Position numbers and translations under genes: made by a program | Assembly: GCA_043815185.1 (NCBI GenBank) | Contig: JBDRJF010000024.1 | Location: forward strand, 64,533 to 128,532 | Length of the DNA: 64,000 nucleotides | Source: Candidatus Omnitrophota bacterium | GTDB taxonomy: Bacteria > Omnitrophota > Gorgyraeia > Duberdicusellales > 4484-171 | Direction of reading: 5' to 3' | Notes under the pieces: model-generated | Seen by the model: the letters and a program-made list of their open reading frames with translations, nothing else | What the model was told of the DNA's origin: nothing | Databases searched by the model: none | Part shown: positions 16,829 through 25,929 of the stretch, one piece after another | How positions within the stretch are numbered: the stretch's first letter is position 1 | Layout of the letters: each line of letters starts with the position of its first letter

Positions 16829-17068
16829 CTATCGGCAAACCTCTTGGTCATCTTTACCGCACTCATATATCTCAATACAGCTATCAGGACAAATGATAAA
16901 ACAAAAACCGCACCCGCTGCAGGAGGCTCCTTTTTTAAAACTAACCGGCTTAACCCCTCTTTTGTTTAAAGAAGAAGAAAGCACTAAACTCTTTAAAGGA
17001 CAATAAAGAATACAAAGTTCACAGCTCTTACACCTATCTTGCTTTATCTTTAGTTTAGGTTTAGGCAT
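16829..17068 (-). CDS. 2-oxoacid:ferredoxin oxidoreductase delta subunit (2x[4Fe-4S] ferredoxin)
   Basis: 79 aa with two CxxCxxCxxxCP motifs (CKSCELCILYCP, CSGCGFCFIICP). Confidence 0.85.
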   Translation of the reverse strand: MPKPKLKIKQDRCKSCELCILYCPLKSLVLSSSLNKRGVKPVSFKKGASCSGCGFCFIICPDSCIEIYECGKDDQEVCR

Positions 17069-18923
17069 TCTCTTTTAATAGTTTCTTTATCTTCACAGTT
17101 AAAGAAGAGGTATTCAGGCCGTAAATATCAAATAACTTCTCTCGCTTAGCTGCCGGAATAAATTGATCAGGGAAACCTACTCTGGTTACCTTGATTTTAT
17201 TGAGAAGATTTTCCTGCTCGTAAAACTCTAAAACTGCTGCCCCAAATCCACAATCGAGGCTGCTTTCCTCAAGAGTAATAATTAAACTAAATTTATCAGC
17301 TAAATTTTTAAGTAAGTCTTGATCTAATGGTTTTATAAAGCGGGCATTTATTAATTGAACACTAATGCCCTCTTTTTTTAATAACTCAGCACACTCACTG
17401 GCTGTCTTGACCATCGATCCTAAAGCAATCAAGCACAACTTCTCTCCTTCACAGATAATCTGCGATTTGCCTAAGCTAATTGATTCCTGCGGGCCCAAAG
17501 AATAAGCTTCGCCCTTAGGATAACGAATACTTACTGGGGAAGAAAGCTTTAGTGCAAACTCTAACATATCTTCCAGCTCTTCCTTATCCTTGGGAGCCAT
17601 ACAGACTATATTGGGAATTAATCTTAAATAACCTACATCAAAAGTACCGTGATGAGTCGGGCCATCTTCTCCTACTACACCGGATCGATCTACGGCAAAA
17701 ACAACGCCTAAATCCTGTAAGGCAACATCATGAATTATTTGATCGAATGCCCGTTGCAAGAATACAGAATAAATAGCCACAACCGGCTTTAGGCCTTGTT
17801 TGGCCAGACCACTGGCAAAACCCACTGCATGAGATTCAGCAATACCTACATCGAAGAACCTCCGGGGAAACTCTTTCTGGAATAAACAAAGTCCTGTTCC
17901 TTGGGGCATGGCCGCGGTTATAGCAATAATTTTCTGATCATCCCTTGCTAAACTTATCAGCTTCTTGGCAAAAATCTCATTAAAATCATCTTTTATCTTT
18001 TCTTTAGGCTGGCCAGTAGCAACGTCAAAACAAGTAACTCCATGAAAACTCTCCGGATTCTCCTCGGAAAACTTATAACCCTTCCCCTTCTTGGTGATTA
18101 CATGAAGAATACGCGGGCCTTTTAAGGAAAGAACATTTTTTAAAGTAGGAATTAACACATCCGGGTTGTGACCATCGATGGGGCCAAAATAACGAAAACC
18201 CAGCTCCTCAAAGAATAAACCCGGTATAATTAAACCTTTTACTGTCTCTTCAAACTTCTTTGCTTTCTGAACTAACCTTTTAATCAAGGCAAAGTGAGCT
18301 AAAAACCTATCCAATTCATCCTTGATTCGATTATAAACTGGTGCCGATATAAATTTAGTAAGATGATTACTCAAAGCACCCACAGAAGGAGAAATGCTCA
18401 TCTCATTATGGTTAACCACTACCAGGATATTACTTTGAGCATGTCCGCAGGAATTTAAAGCTTCAAAACACATCCCTCCGGTTAAAGACCCATCCCCAAT
18501 TACAGCTACGGTCTTAGAATTATCCTCCCGCAATCGTTTTGCCTCAGCTATACCCTGACCCCAGGAAATAGCTGTTGAAGCGTGTCCGGATATATAGAGA
18601 TCATAAGTTGACTCCTTGTGGTTGGGGAAACCGCTAATACCTTTATACTCACGCAAACTAGAAAAAGCGTCTCTTCTGCCGGTAATGATCTTATAGGCAT
18701 AAGTTTGATGACCAACATCGAAAATCAGTGAATCCTGGGGAAGATTAAGACAAACCCCTAAAGCAACACTTAACTCGACTGCTCCTAAAGACGAGGCAAG
18801 GTGGCCTCCTTTAGTAGAAACCACCTTAACAATTAAATCTCTTATCTCTTGATTAAGTGTTTTTAACTCTTCCCGGGTTAATTTTTTCAAATCATCGGGT
18901 GAGTTAACTCTTTCCAAAATCAT
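17061..18923 (-). CDS. dxs: 1-deoxy-D-xylulose-5-phosphate synthase
   Basis: 620 aa with the TPP motif IGDGSLTGGM and a transketolase-like C-half. Confidence 0.92.
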   Translation of the reverse strand: MILERVNSPDDLKKLTREELKTLNQEIRDLIVKVVSTKGGHLASSLGAVELSVALGVCLNLPQDSLIFDVGHQTYAYKIITGRRDAFSSLREYKGISGFPNHKESTYDLYISGHASTAISWGQGIAEAKRLREDNSKTVAVIGDGSLTGGMCFEALNSCGHAQSNILVVVNHNEMSISPSVGALSNHLTKFISAPVYNRIKDELDRFLAHFALIKRLVQKAKKFEETVKGLIIPGLFFEELGFRYFGPIDGHNPDVLIPTLKNVLSLKGPRILHVITKKGKGYKFSEENPESFHGVTCFDVATGQPKEKIKDDFNEIFAKKLISLARDDQKIIAITAAMPQGTGLCLFQKEFPRRFFDVGIAESHAVGFASGLAKQGLKPVVAIYSVFLQRAFDQIIHDVALQDLGVVFAVDRSGVVGEDGPTHHGTFDVGYLRLIPNIVCMAPKDKEELEDMLEFALKLSSPVSIRYPKGEAYSLGPQESISLGKSQIICEGEKLCLIALGSMVKTASECAELLKKEGISVQLINARFIKPLDQDLLKNLADKFSLIITLEESSLDCGFGAAVLEFYEQENLLNKIKVTRVGFPDQFIPAAKREKLFDIYGLNTSSLTVKIKKLLKENA

Positions 18924-19285
18924 TTTTGATTGGAGATGATAGCATCTACAAAATTGCCGATTATCTTCTTATCTCTTTCAGCAATTTCATAAAACTCTAT
19001 ACCGGTATCCCAGATGTTGGACTGAGTATTATCAGACCCGGATCTCTCTACTACCCAGACTATTCTACCTTTACAAATTATCTGTGTACCGCCTAAAAAA
19101 AGCTCTAAACCGACAAGGGAAGAAATATCTAAACTCTCTTCAATGATAATTCTTACTCCTCCAACTGCTATATTCTCGGTATGAGAAACAATAGTATACT
19201 CTCGAGGAGTATAAATAATTATTTTACAGGGAAAGTTAGCTCGTACAAAATTTCGCTTTTCTATACCGTCCCAATCCATAGCCAC
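18920..19285 (-). CDS. PilZ domain protein
   Basis: 121 aa with RxxxR (KRNFVR) and an N-x-A-x-x-G variant (TENIAVGG) of the c-di-GMP-binding motifs. Confidence 0.7.
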   Translation of the reverse strand: MAMDWDGIEKRNFVRANFPCKIIIYTPREYTIVSHTENIAVGGVRIIIEESLDISSLVGLELFLGGTQIICKGRIVWVVERSGSDNTQSNIWDTGIEFYEIAERDKKIIGNFVDAIISNQK

Positions 19286-19298
19286 CTCACCTTTTAAG

Positions 19299-20084
19299 TT
19301 AAGCAGTTTCTTTTTGATACTCTAATCTTTTTATCGATAGAGCCTTTCCGTTTTCTTCATCTACTTCAACTAATACTGCCTGCATTCGCACATCCGTCTG
19401 AGCCAAATTAAAACGTACCGGCATATTAGTAACAAACCGTTCAATAATCTGATGCTTCTCTCTACCCAAAACCGAGTCAAAACTACCAGTCATCCCAACA
19501 TCAGTAATATAGGCAGTAAAATTATCGATTATTCTCTCATCAGCCGTGGGTATATGAGTATGAGTTCCAATAACTGCACTTACCTTTCCCGAAAGAAAGT
19601 AGCCCATAGCTAACTTTTCGCTAGTGGCCTCAGCATGCATATCTACAAAGATTATCTTAGCTCCTTTTCTTACTCCTTCAATGATATTTTTTACGGCTTT
19701 AAAAGGGCAATCAATCGGTTGCATAAAAACTCGGCCTAAAAGATTTATAACACCTATCTTCACCCCCTTAACCTCTTTGACTAAATACCCTTTACCAGCT
19801 GCTAGCTCTCCATAATTCAAAGGCCTTATGAGGTCCTTGGTGTTTAAAACCTCTCTTGACTCTTGCTTCTTAAAAATATGGTCTCCGCTGGTAATTAAGT
19901 CTATTCCGCAGTTAAAAAGGTCATCAGCTGTATTAGGAGTTATGCTTGAACCACCAGCAGCATTTTCACCGTTAGCTATAATGAAATCTAAGCCTAAATC
20001 TTCTCTTAATAAAGGAAGAATCTCGCTGAGGTAGATTCGGGCAGGCTTCCCAACAATATCACCGATAAAAAGTACTCGCATCAC
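19299..20084 (-). CDS. ymdB: YmdB-family metallophosphoesterase (2',3'-cyclic-nucleotide phosphodiesterase)
   Basis: 261 aa starting MRVLFIGDIVGKPAR with GENAAGG. Conserved position downstream of rny. Confidence 0.85.
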   Translation of the reverse strand: MMRVLFIGDIVGKPARIYLSEILPLLREDLGLDFIIANGENAAGGSSITPNTADDLFNCGIDLITSGDHIFKKQESREVLNTKDLIRPLNYGELAAGKGYLVKEVKGVKIGVINLLGRVFMQPIDCPFKAVKNIIEGVRKGAKIIFVDMHAEATSEKLAMGYFLSGKVSAVIGTHTHIPTADERIIDNFTAYITDVGMTGSFDSVLGREKHQIIERFVTNMPVRFNLAQTDVRMQAVLVEVDEENGKALSIKRLEYQKETA

Positions 20085-20152
20085 GATTCACCTATTTTAT
20101 ACCTTATTTATCAGTTCGACAAACAAATAATCAAAAGGTCTCCGGGCTCCTT

Positions 20153-21709
20153 TTATTTCGCGTAATCTACGGCTCTGGTCTCCCTAATAACAGTGATTTT
20201 TATGTTTCCCGGATAATCTAACTCCTGTTCTAGCTTTTTCTTTATCTCATGAGCAAGAAGGTTAATTTCATTGTCCTTTACCTTATTGGGCTGGACAATT
20301 ACTCTTATCTCTCTGCCGGCCTGGATGGCAAAGCTCTTCTCTACCCCTTCAAAGGAAGTAGCAGTTGTCTCCAGTTGCTTTAAACGTTTTACATAGGTCT
20401 CGAGTGTTTCCCGACGGGCTCCCGGGCGAGAAGCTGAAATTGCATCAGCAACTAAAGCCAGGAGAGAAATTAAAGATTTAAACTCTGCTTCCTCATGGTG
20501 AGCTTCAGCTGCATTTATAATCAGATCATTCTCCCCATAGCGCCTTAACAAATCTGCTCCGATTTGAGCATGAGTGCCTTCTACTTGATGATCAATGGCT
20601 TTCCCGATATCATGAAGCAATCCGGCCCTCTTGGCAGTTCGAGCGTCCAGGTCTAATTCTGAAGCTAAAATACCCATGATAATAGCTACCTCTTTTGAAT
20701 GCTGAAGGGCATTTTGGCCAAAACTGGTACGATATTTCAGTTTACCTAATAACTTTATTAACTCCGGATGCAAGTTGTGAATTCCTACATCAAATGCTGC
20801 AGATTTTCCTTCCTCTACCAGTTTTTTATCAAATTCTTGCTTAGTTTTCTCCACTATCTCCTCTATCCTGGCCGGATGAATTCTACCATCCTGAACTAAT
20901 TTTTCCAAGGAAAGACGAGCAATTTCTCTCCGTATAGGATCAAATCCTGATACACTCACTGCCTCAGGAGTATCATCGATAATTAAATCCACACCGGTAG
21001 CCAGCTCAAAGGTCCTTATATTACGCCCTTCCCTGCCAATAATTCTTCCCTTTATCTCATCATTAGGCAAAGGTACCACACTCACGGTAGTCTCGGTAGT
21101 ATGCTCCACAGCGCACCTCTGAATGGCTTGAGAAACTATCTCTTTTGCTGTCGCTTCAGACTCTTCTCTCACAGCCTCCTCCATATCTCGAATCATCTTT
21201 GCTTTTTCACCCCGTAGTTCCTCCTCATATCGCTTAAGTAAAAGCTCTCTTGCCTCCTGAGGGGTCAACGAAGAGATTCTCTTTAACTTTTCTTTTTCCT
21301 CTTCGATTAAGTTATTTAGGGCTTGGTTTTGCCTGTCTACTTCCCCGGATACCTTCCGTAGGTTTTCCTCGCTCCGACGCAGTTCTCTTTCTTTGGTTTC
21401 GATAAAGCCTAATCTCTTATCTAAATTCTCTTCTCGCTGCAAGAGACGCTTCTCCAGCTGGCCCAGCTCATCTTTCTTAGAAGAATTCTCTTTCTCAAAG
21501 TCAACTCTTAACTTATAAAGCAGCTCTTTACCATCTAATTCTGCTTTCCTTCTAATTTCCTCGGTCTTAAACTTAGCTTCTTTTAGTATTTTTTCTGCAT
21601 CCTCTTTAGACTTCTTTAACTTCCTTTTCTCAAAAATTTCACCTAAACACCACCCTAAAAATAACCCCACAACTACACCTGCAAATATGTAAATGATCGT
21701 AGCAATCAT
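20153..21709 (-). CDS. rny: ribonuclease Y
   Basis: 518 aa: N-terminal TM helix, coiled-coil region, KH domain and HD domain (LLHDIGK). Confidence 0.92.
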   Translation of the reverse strand: MIATIIYIFAGVVVGLFLGWCLGEIFEKRKLKKSKEDAEKILKEAKFKTEEIRRKAELDGKELLYKLRVDFEKENSSKKDELGQLEKRLLQREENLDKRLGFIETKERELRRSEENLRKVSGEVDRQNQALNNLIEEEKEKLKRISSLTPQEARELLLKRYEEELRGEKAKMIRDMEEAVREESEATAKEIVSQAIQRCAVEHTTETTVSVVPLPNDEIKGRIIGREGRNIRTFELATGVDLIIDDTPEAVSVSGFDPIRREIARLSLEKLVQDGRIHPARIEEIVEKTKQEFDKKLVEEGKSAAFDVGIHNLHPELIKLLGKLKYRTSFGQNALQHSKEVAIIMGILASELDLDARTAKRAGLLHDIGKAIDHQVEGTHAQIGADLLRRYGENDLIINAAEAHHEEAEFKSLISLLALVADAISASRPGARRETLETYVKRLKQLETTATSFEGVEKSFAIQAGREIRVIVQPNKVKDNEINLLAHEIKKKLEQELDYPGNIKITVIRETRAVDYAK

Positions 21710-21778
21710 ACAGCCTCCTTCTATCTTTGTAGACGAATATTAGTGCTATTGATTTTTTGATTAGCGCTGATCTGTATC

Positions 21779-22360
21779 TTAGATGACAAGTCTTTCGCTA
21801 ACGACCGTATCGACCTTCTGGTCCCAGGGAAGATTTATAGGAAGGTTTTCTAGGATTTGGAATTCAAAGGCAATACCCACTTTTTTAGTGGGCGGATTTA
21901 TGTTTCTTAAGAAGCGGTCATAGAAACCAGCTCCTCTCCCTAGCCTGTTGTTTTGCCGGTCAAAAGCCAGGCCAGGAACGATTACCACATCTATATCTCT
22001 GATATCCACTTCTTTTGTTCTTTTCGTATCTGGTTGCATTACTCCCCAAGGTCCTAAACACAAATCTGTATCTAAGTTGGTGCTTTCAAAGATACGTAAA
22101 TTTTTTGCCTCTAAATCCATCACTGGGAAACAGAACCGTTTGCTTCCTATATCTTCTCTAATCTTATCCAAAATATCTACTTCCCCTGGTAAAGGATAGT
22201 AGACCATAATAGCTTTCGCCTCTTTATATACAGGTAACTCTGATAATCTATCTGCAACATTTTTACTCCTCCTTTTTATCTCATCTTTAGTTAAAGATAA
22301 AAGACGTTTAAGCAGTTTCTGTCTTATTTCCTGTTTTTCGCGCTCTAAGACCATCGCCAT
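21779..22360 (-). CDS. 5-formyltetrahydrofolate cyclo-ligase
   Basis: 193 aa with an MTHFS-family pattern (VVPGLAFDRQNNRLGRGAGFYDR). Confidence 0.85.
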   Translation of the reverse strand: MAMVLEREKQEIRQKLLKRLLSLTKDEIKRRSKNVADRLSELPVYKEAKAIMVYYPLPGEVDILDKIREDIGSKRFCFPVMDLEAKNLRIFESTNLDTDLCLGPWGVMQPDTKRTKEVDIRDIDVVIVPGLAFDRQNNRLGRGAGFYDRFLRNINPPTKKVGIAFEFQILENLPINLPWDQKVDTVVSERLVI

Positions 22361-22558
22361 AATTTTTTATTAATTGGTTGCTTTTAAACTTGTTTTAAAA
22401 TTATACCACCTAAACTTTTAAAAATCTATGGAAATTTTCTCCCAAAAACCGCTGCTTTTGCCCTTTTCCCTCGTAAAATCAAGCTTTTTTGCCTCCCAAA
22501 ACCGGAATAGGTAGGTAAATCAAGGCGATTTTGGGCCAAAAAAATATATTTAATTTCC

Positions 22559-22586
22559 TTGACAACTAGCCCTTCAGCTATAAAAT
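22559..22586 (+). promoter_or_regulatory. sigma-70-like promoter of hup
   Basis: TTGACA (22559..22564), 16 nt, TAAAAT (22581..22586). AGAAGGAGG SD before the ATG at 22636. Confidence 0.5.
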
Positions 22587-22635
22587 ATAAAAGTAGTTGA
22601 AAATATTAACTTTTTAAACAGAAGGAGGTGCCCAG

Positions 22636-22902
22636 ATGAACAAAGCTCAGCTAGTTGAAGCAATTGTTGCGAAAACAGCTACCAAAAAAGAGGCTCAAGA
22701 GATAGTAGACACTATTTGGTGTACAATCAAGGCTAGCCTTAAAAAGCAAGAAGATGTTGCTATTTCTGGTTTTGGTACTTTCAAAGTAAAACAAACTAAA
22801 GCAAGAATGGGAAGAAATCCTAAAACTGGTGAAACAATCCAGATTCCTGCCAAAAAGAAAATAGCCTTTAGAGTATCTAAAGAATTAAAATCCCTTCTAT
22901 AA
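22636..22902 (+). CDS. hup: DNA-binding protein HU
   Basis: 88 aa: MNKAQLVEAI... GFGTFKV... RMGRNPKTGETIQIPA. Confidence 0.92.
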   Translation: MNKAQLVEAIVAKTATKKEAQEIVDTIWCTIKASLKKQEDVAISGFGTFKVKQTKARMGRNPKTGETIQIPAKKKIAFRVSKELKSLL

Positions 22903-22920
22903 TAAGGGTTTTATAAAAAA

Positions 22921-22951
22921 GAAGGCGTACTGAACAGTACGCCTTCTTTTT
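22921..22951. terminator. bidirectional rho-independent terminator between hup and the convergent methyltransferase gene
   Basis: Perfect 12-bp stem GAAGGCGTACTG / CAGTACGCCTTC. The central AA gives at most a 2-nt loop if fully paired, so the apical pairs probably stay open. Flanked by an A-run upstream and TTTTT downstream. Confidence 0.85.
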
Positions 22952-22967
22952 ATGCCACTCTCTCACC

Positions 22968-23915
22968 TTATACAGAAATTTTCTTTAACTTAGCTACGAA
23001 AAACCCTTCCATTGAAGCATCAGGAATAATTCTCTTAGTTAACCGCAAAGACAGAGAAAATCTCTTATCTTTCCACTGTAATAAACCTTCTCTTGCATTC
23101 TTGAAAGAAAGTTCTATCGGTAGAATCTCTACCTTTTCTTTGAATTTATTAATAAACCAATCAATAATACCTTCATTCTCCTCGGGAGAAAAGGTGCAGG
23201 TAGAGTAAATTAAGATTCCTCCTTCCTTTAAGGCAAAAAATGCCGAATGAAGAAGCTTTTTCTGTTTATGCACCATCTCTTTAACTTTGCGCTGTTTCCA
23301 GTATTTAAAACTCTTGGGGTTAGTGGTCAGGAATCGTCCTTCGGCCGAACAGGGAACATCAGCTAAAATCTTGTCAAAGTACTCGGGAAACTTTTTTCTA
23401 ACCCAAATACCATCAATTAGCATAGCTTTAGCTGATTCAACACCTTGGGCCTTAAGATTAGCTAAAAGTTTATAGTAGCGGTTACGGGCATTATCAATAG
23501 CCACAATCTCAGCTCCCGGAGCAAGCGAAGAAATCTGAGTGGTCTTAGCCCCTGGTGCAGCACATAAATCAAGGATTCTATCCTCATTGGCCGGTGCAAG
23601 ACAAAGTACCGGCAGCATACTGGATAAGTTTTGCACATAAATTAAACCTTTTTGATAAACTTCAGTTCTTTGAAACTCTCTTAAGGGAGTCTTGAGTAAA
23701 AAGGCACCTCGGGGAAAAGGTAGCTCTTGATGTTTTACCCTTTGATTTATTAGGAGCTTTCTAAGGCCCTGTAAATCTGTCTTTAAATAATTTACCCGAA
23801 AAGTAGTATTTTTCTTAACCAAGAAGGTACTGGCTATCTGAGCATAGGAAAAGGGATAAATCTTCTTTAACTTATGTAAGAATTCCTGAGGTAACTTATA
23901 AATTCCTTCTCGCAT
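22968..23915 (-). CDS. rRNA cytosine-C5 methyltransferase, NOL1/NOP2/Sun (RsmB/RsmF-like)
   Basis: 315 aa with DLCAAPGAKT (SAM), DVPCSAEG and YSTCTFSPEENE catalytic Cys motifs. Confidence 0.85.
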   Translation of the reverse strand: MREGIYKLPQEFLHKLKKIYPFSYAQIASTFLVKKNTTFRVNYLKTDLQGLRKLLINQRVKHQELPFPRGAFLLKTPLREFQRTEVYQKGLIYVQNLSSMLPVLCLAPANEDRILDLCAAPGAKTTQISSLAPGAEIVAIDNARNRYYKLLANLKAQGVESAKAMLIDGIWVRKKFPEYFDKILADVPCSAEGRFLTTNPKSFKYWKQRKVKEMVHKQKKLLHSAFFALKEGGILIYSTCTFSPEENEGIIDWFINKFKEKVEILPIELSFKNAREGLLQWKDKRFSLSLRLTKRIIPDASMEGFFVAKLKKISV

Positions 23916-23943
23916 CTCTCCTCCTGACTATAGAGGCTACAGC

Positions 23944-24966
23944 CTAAACCGAATAAACAGCTCTTAACTGACCGCAGGCGGCGTTGATATCGCTGCCGCG
24001 GGATTTTCTAAGAGTAAAAAATACGCCTCTTCTCTTTAGTTCTTGGCTAAAGATATCTACTTCCTCTTGAAGCGGAGCTTTAAATTTAGAAGAAACTCCA
24101 TTATAAGGAATTAAATTAGCTTTGCCATTAACTCTATTAAGCAGCTTTGCTAACTTTTTAGCATCATCTCTACTAATGTTTATACCCCGGATTAAAACAC
24201 ATTCAAAGGTAACCAGGTCTTTAGAAGCCTTACTGAATTCTCTAATTGCCGGCATTAACTTATCTAAGGGATATTTTTCATTAACTGGCATTAGTTTATT
24301 ACGTATGCTATTATCAGCTGAATGCAAGGACACTGAGAGTTTTATCCCTAATTTCAATTTAGCCAATTTCTTAATCTCCGGTATCAGGCCACAGGTAGAT
24401 AGGGATATCCGCCGCTTTGAAAAATTAATCCCGGCTGGATTCATTAATATATTGATACTCTTAATGGTATTTTCAAAATTATCTAAGGGCTCTCCAATGC
24501 CCATAAAAACTAAATTAGTTATCTTAGGAGAAGCCTTTAAGCTAGAGGTACTCAAATACTGATTTATAATCTCACCGGCAGTTAAGTTTCTCTTAAAGCC
24601 TTTCTCTCCGCTGGCGCAAAAAAGGCACCTGAACTTACACCCAACTTGAGTTGAAACACAAAGAGTACTTCTCGCCGCCTCAGGAATTAATACCGCCTCA
24701 ATTACTGAGTCATCTCCTAACTTAAATAAAAACTTCTCGGATTTATCCGATGACTTTTCTTTCTTTATCAGGCTTAAACTTGAAATAGAGAAATTCTCCT
24801 TTAAAAACTCTCTTAACTCCTTAGAAAGATTGCTCATTAAATCAAAATCTTGTACTCTCCTCTTGTAAACCCATTCAAAAATTTGCCGGGCAGTATAGCC
24901 GGGAAAACCATTTGAGGTAAGTTTATCTTTTAACTCATTTTCGCTAAAATTATATATCGCTTCCAT
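23944..24966 (-). CDS. rlmN: 23S rRNA/tRNA adenine-C2 methyltransferase, radical SAM
   Basis: 340 aa with CKFRCLFC (CxxxCxxC) and a C-terminal catalytic Cys region (INAACGQL). Confidence 0.9.
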   Translation of the reverse strand: MEAIYNFSENELKDKLTSNGFPGYTARQIFEWVYKRRVQDFDLMSNLSKELREFLKENFSISSLSLIKKEKSSDKSEKFLFKLGDDSVIEAVLIPEAARSTLCVSTQVGCKFRCLFCASGEKGFKRNLTAGEIINQYLSTSSLKASPKITNLVFMGIGEPLDNFENTIKSINILMNPAGINFSKRRISLSTCGLIPEIKKLAKLKLGIKLSVSLHSADNSIRNKLMPVNEKYPLDKLMPAIREFSKASKDLVTFECVLIRGINISRDDAKKLAKLLNRVNGKANLIPYNGVSSKFKAPLQEEVDIFSQELKRRGVFFTLRKSRGSDINAACGQLRAVYSV

Positions 24967-24974
24967 TTGGTGAT

Positions 24975-25002
24975 ATTATAGAGAAAAACTTATATAATAC
25001 AA
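24975..25002 (-). promoter_or_regulatory. sigma-70-like promoter of rlmN, near-leaderless geometry
   Basis: On the minus strand: TTGTAT (25002..24997), 16 nt, TATAAT (24980..24975). The ATG lies 8 nt downstream and there is no SD. Confidence 0.45.
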
Positions 25003-25065
25003 GGATTTTTTAATTCGGACCTGTCCCGGATTGAGGGGTTAATGAATATAGCAGGGTGTACCTTT

Positions 25066-25103
25066 GTAGACGTCCTACTTTACCCCCAAAATAGGACGTC
25101 TAC
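25066..25103. repeat. perfect 12-bp hairpin abutting R1 copy 2
   Basis: GTAGACGTCCTA, 14-nt loop, TAGGACGTCTAC. Shares the ACGTCTA core with the conserved R1 segment ...TTTTTACGTCTATTATA. Confidence 0.6.
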
Positions 25104-25117
25104 TTTATTATGTTTTA

Positions 25118-25240
25118 GGGGGACGGTTCTCACTGCACTATCCTTTACCGACACAATAAGTTATAATCACACCATTATAAATTTCTAATTTAATTGAAAG
25201 AAAAATCCTTCTTTTTACGTCTATTATAGTAGAGAAAGGA
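25118..25240. repeat. repeat family R1 copy 2 (left end plus conserved body; right TIR not found)
   Basis: Begins with TTA then (G)GGGGACGGTTCTC as in copy 1. About 110 nt are near-identical by eye to copy 3 (CTATCCTTTAC... CATTATAAAT... CTAATTTAATTGAAAGAAAAA... CTTTTTACGTCTATTATA). Confidence 0.65.
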
Positions 25241-25273
25241 AACTCTTGAATATAATAGGCCACAAATAATAGT

Positions 25274-25303
25274 TTGACAAAAACTTCTAAAATATGGTAT
25301 ATT
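25274..25303 (+). promoter_or_regulatory. promoter of the phd/relE cassette with extended -10
   Basis: TTGACA (25274..25279), 18 nt, TGgTATATT (-10 at 25298..25303). AAAGGAGGT SD before the ATG at 25361. Confidence 0.5.
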
Positions 25304-25360
25304 TAAAGTAGTCAGATTAAATGACCGGTCTACTAAATTGACCATTAAAAGGAGGTAAAA

Positions 25361-25639
25361 ATGACTACTTTAACAACTACTACAACAAGCAACGCAAAAG
25401 CACATTTTATTGCGATGGTGAGAAAAGCTCATGAATTAGGGCAAACCTACTTAATCACACACCGTGGCGAAGAATCAGCAGTTCTCTTGAGCAGCGAAGA
25501 TTATGAGGGGCTTTTGGAAACTTTGGATATTTTGAAAGACAATAAAGTTGTTGCTTCAATTATGGAATCTCTAAAAGATTTAAAGAGAGCTGAAATCTAT
25601 TCTTTTGAAGATGTTGTTGGACGAAAACAAAAGAAATGA
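25361..25639 (+). CDS. type II antitoxin, Phd/YefM family
   Basis: 92 aa with pattern AKAHFIAMVRKA...TYLITHRGEESAVLLSSEDYEGLLETL. Overlaps the toxin gene by ATGA. Confidence 0.85.
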   Translation: MTTLTTTTTSNAKAHFIAMVRKAHELGQTYLITHRGEESAVLLSSEDYEGLLETLDILKDNKVVASIMESLKDLKRAEIYSFEDVVGRKQKK

Positions 25640-25929
25640 GCCGCTATAATATCTACACCATTTGTTTCACTCGTACCTCAAAAAAACAATTTGAATCTCT
25701 TCCTTCTAAAATCAAAAAGGAAATCGCAAAAATATTAGAGGAAGAAATAGCTCACAATCCTCTATTGGGTAAACCATTACAGGGAGCATTAAAAGGACTT
25801 CGTTCTCAACGAATCGGAAATTTGCGAATAATCTATCAAATTATAAAGAATGAATTGGTCATAATAGTTATAAACCTTGAGCATCGAAAAAAAGTATATC
25901 AAGGGCTTAAATTAAAGAAAAAATGTTAA
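25636..25929 (+). CDS. type II toxin, RelE/ParE (StbE-like) family
   Basis: 97 aa with RIGNLRIIYQI...LVIIVINLEHRKKVY, typical of the RelE/ParE fold. Confidence 0.8.
   Translation: MSRYNIYTICFTRTSKKQFESLPSKIKKEIAKILEEEIAHNPLLGKPLQGALKGLRSQRIGNLRIIYQIIKNELVIIVINLEHRKKVYQGLKLKKKC

Noticed and set aside
22361-22558. Possible 6S RNA (ssrS) upstream of the 5-formyl-THF cyclo-ligase gene, a linkage known from other bacteria. I noted CGGTTTT(T)GGGAG direct repeats and a CCCAAAATCG/CCGGTTTTGGG stem.
   Set aside because: By hand I could not fold the ~200 nt into the long, bulged 6S-type hairpin, and the usable span between the hup promoter and a TGgTATAAT box is only about 110 nt. An Infernal search with the Rfam 6S model would settle it.
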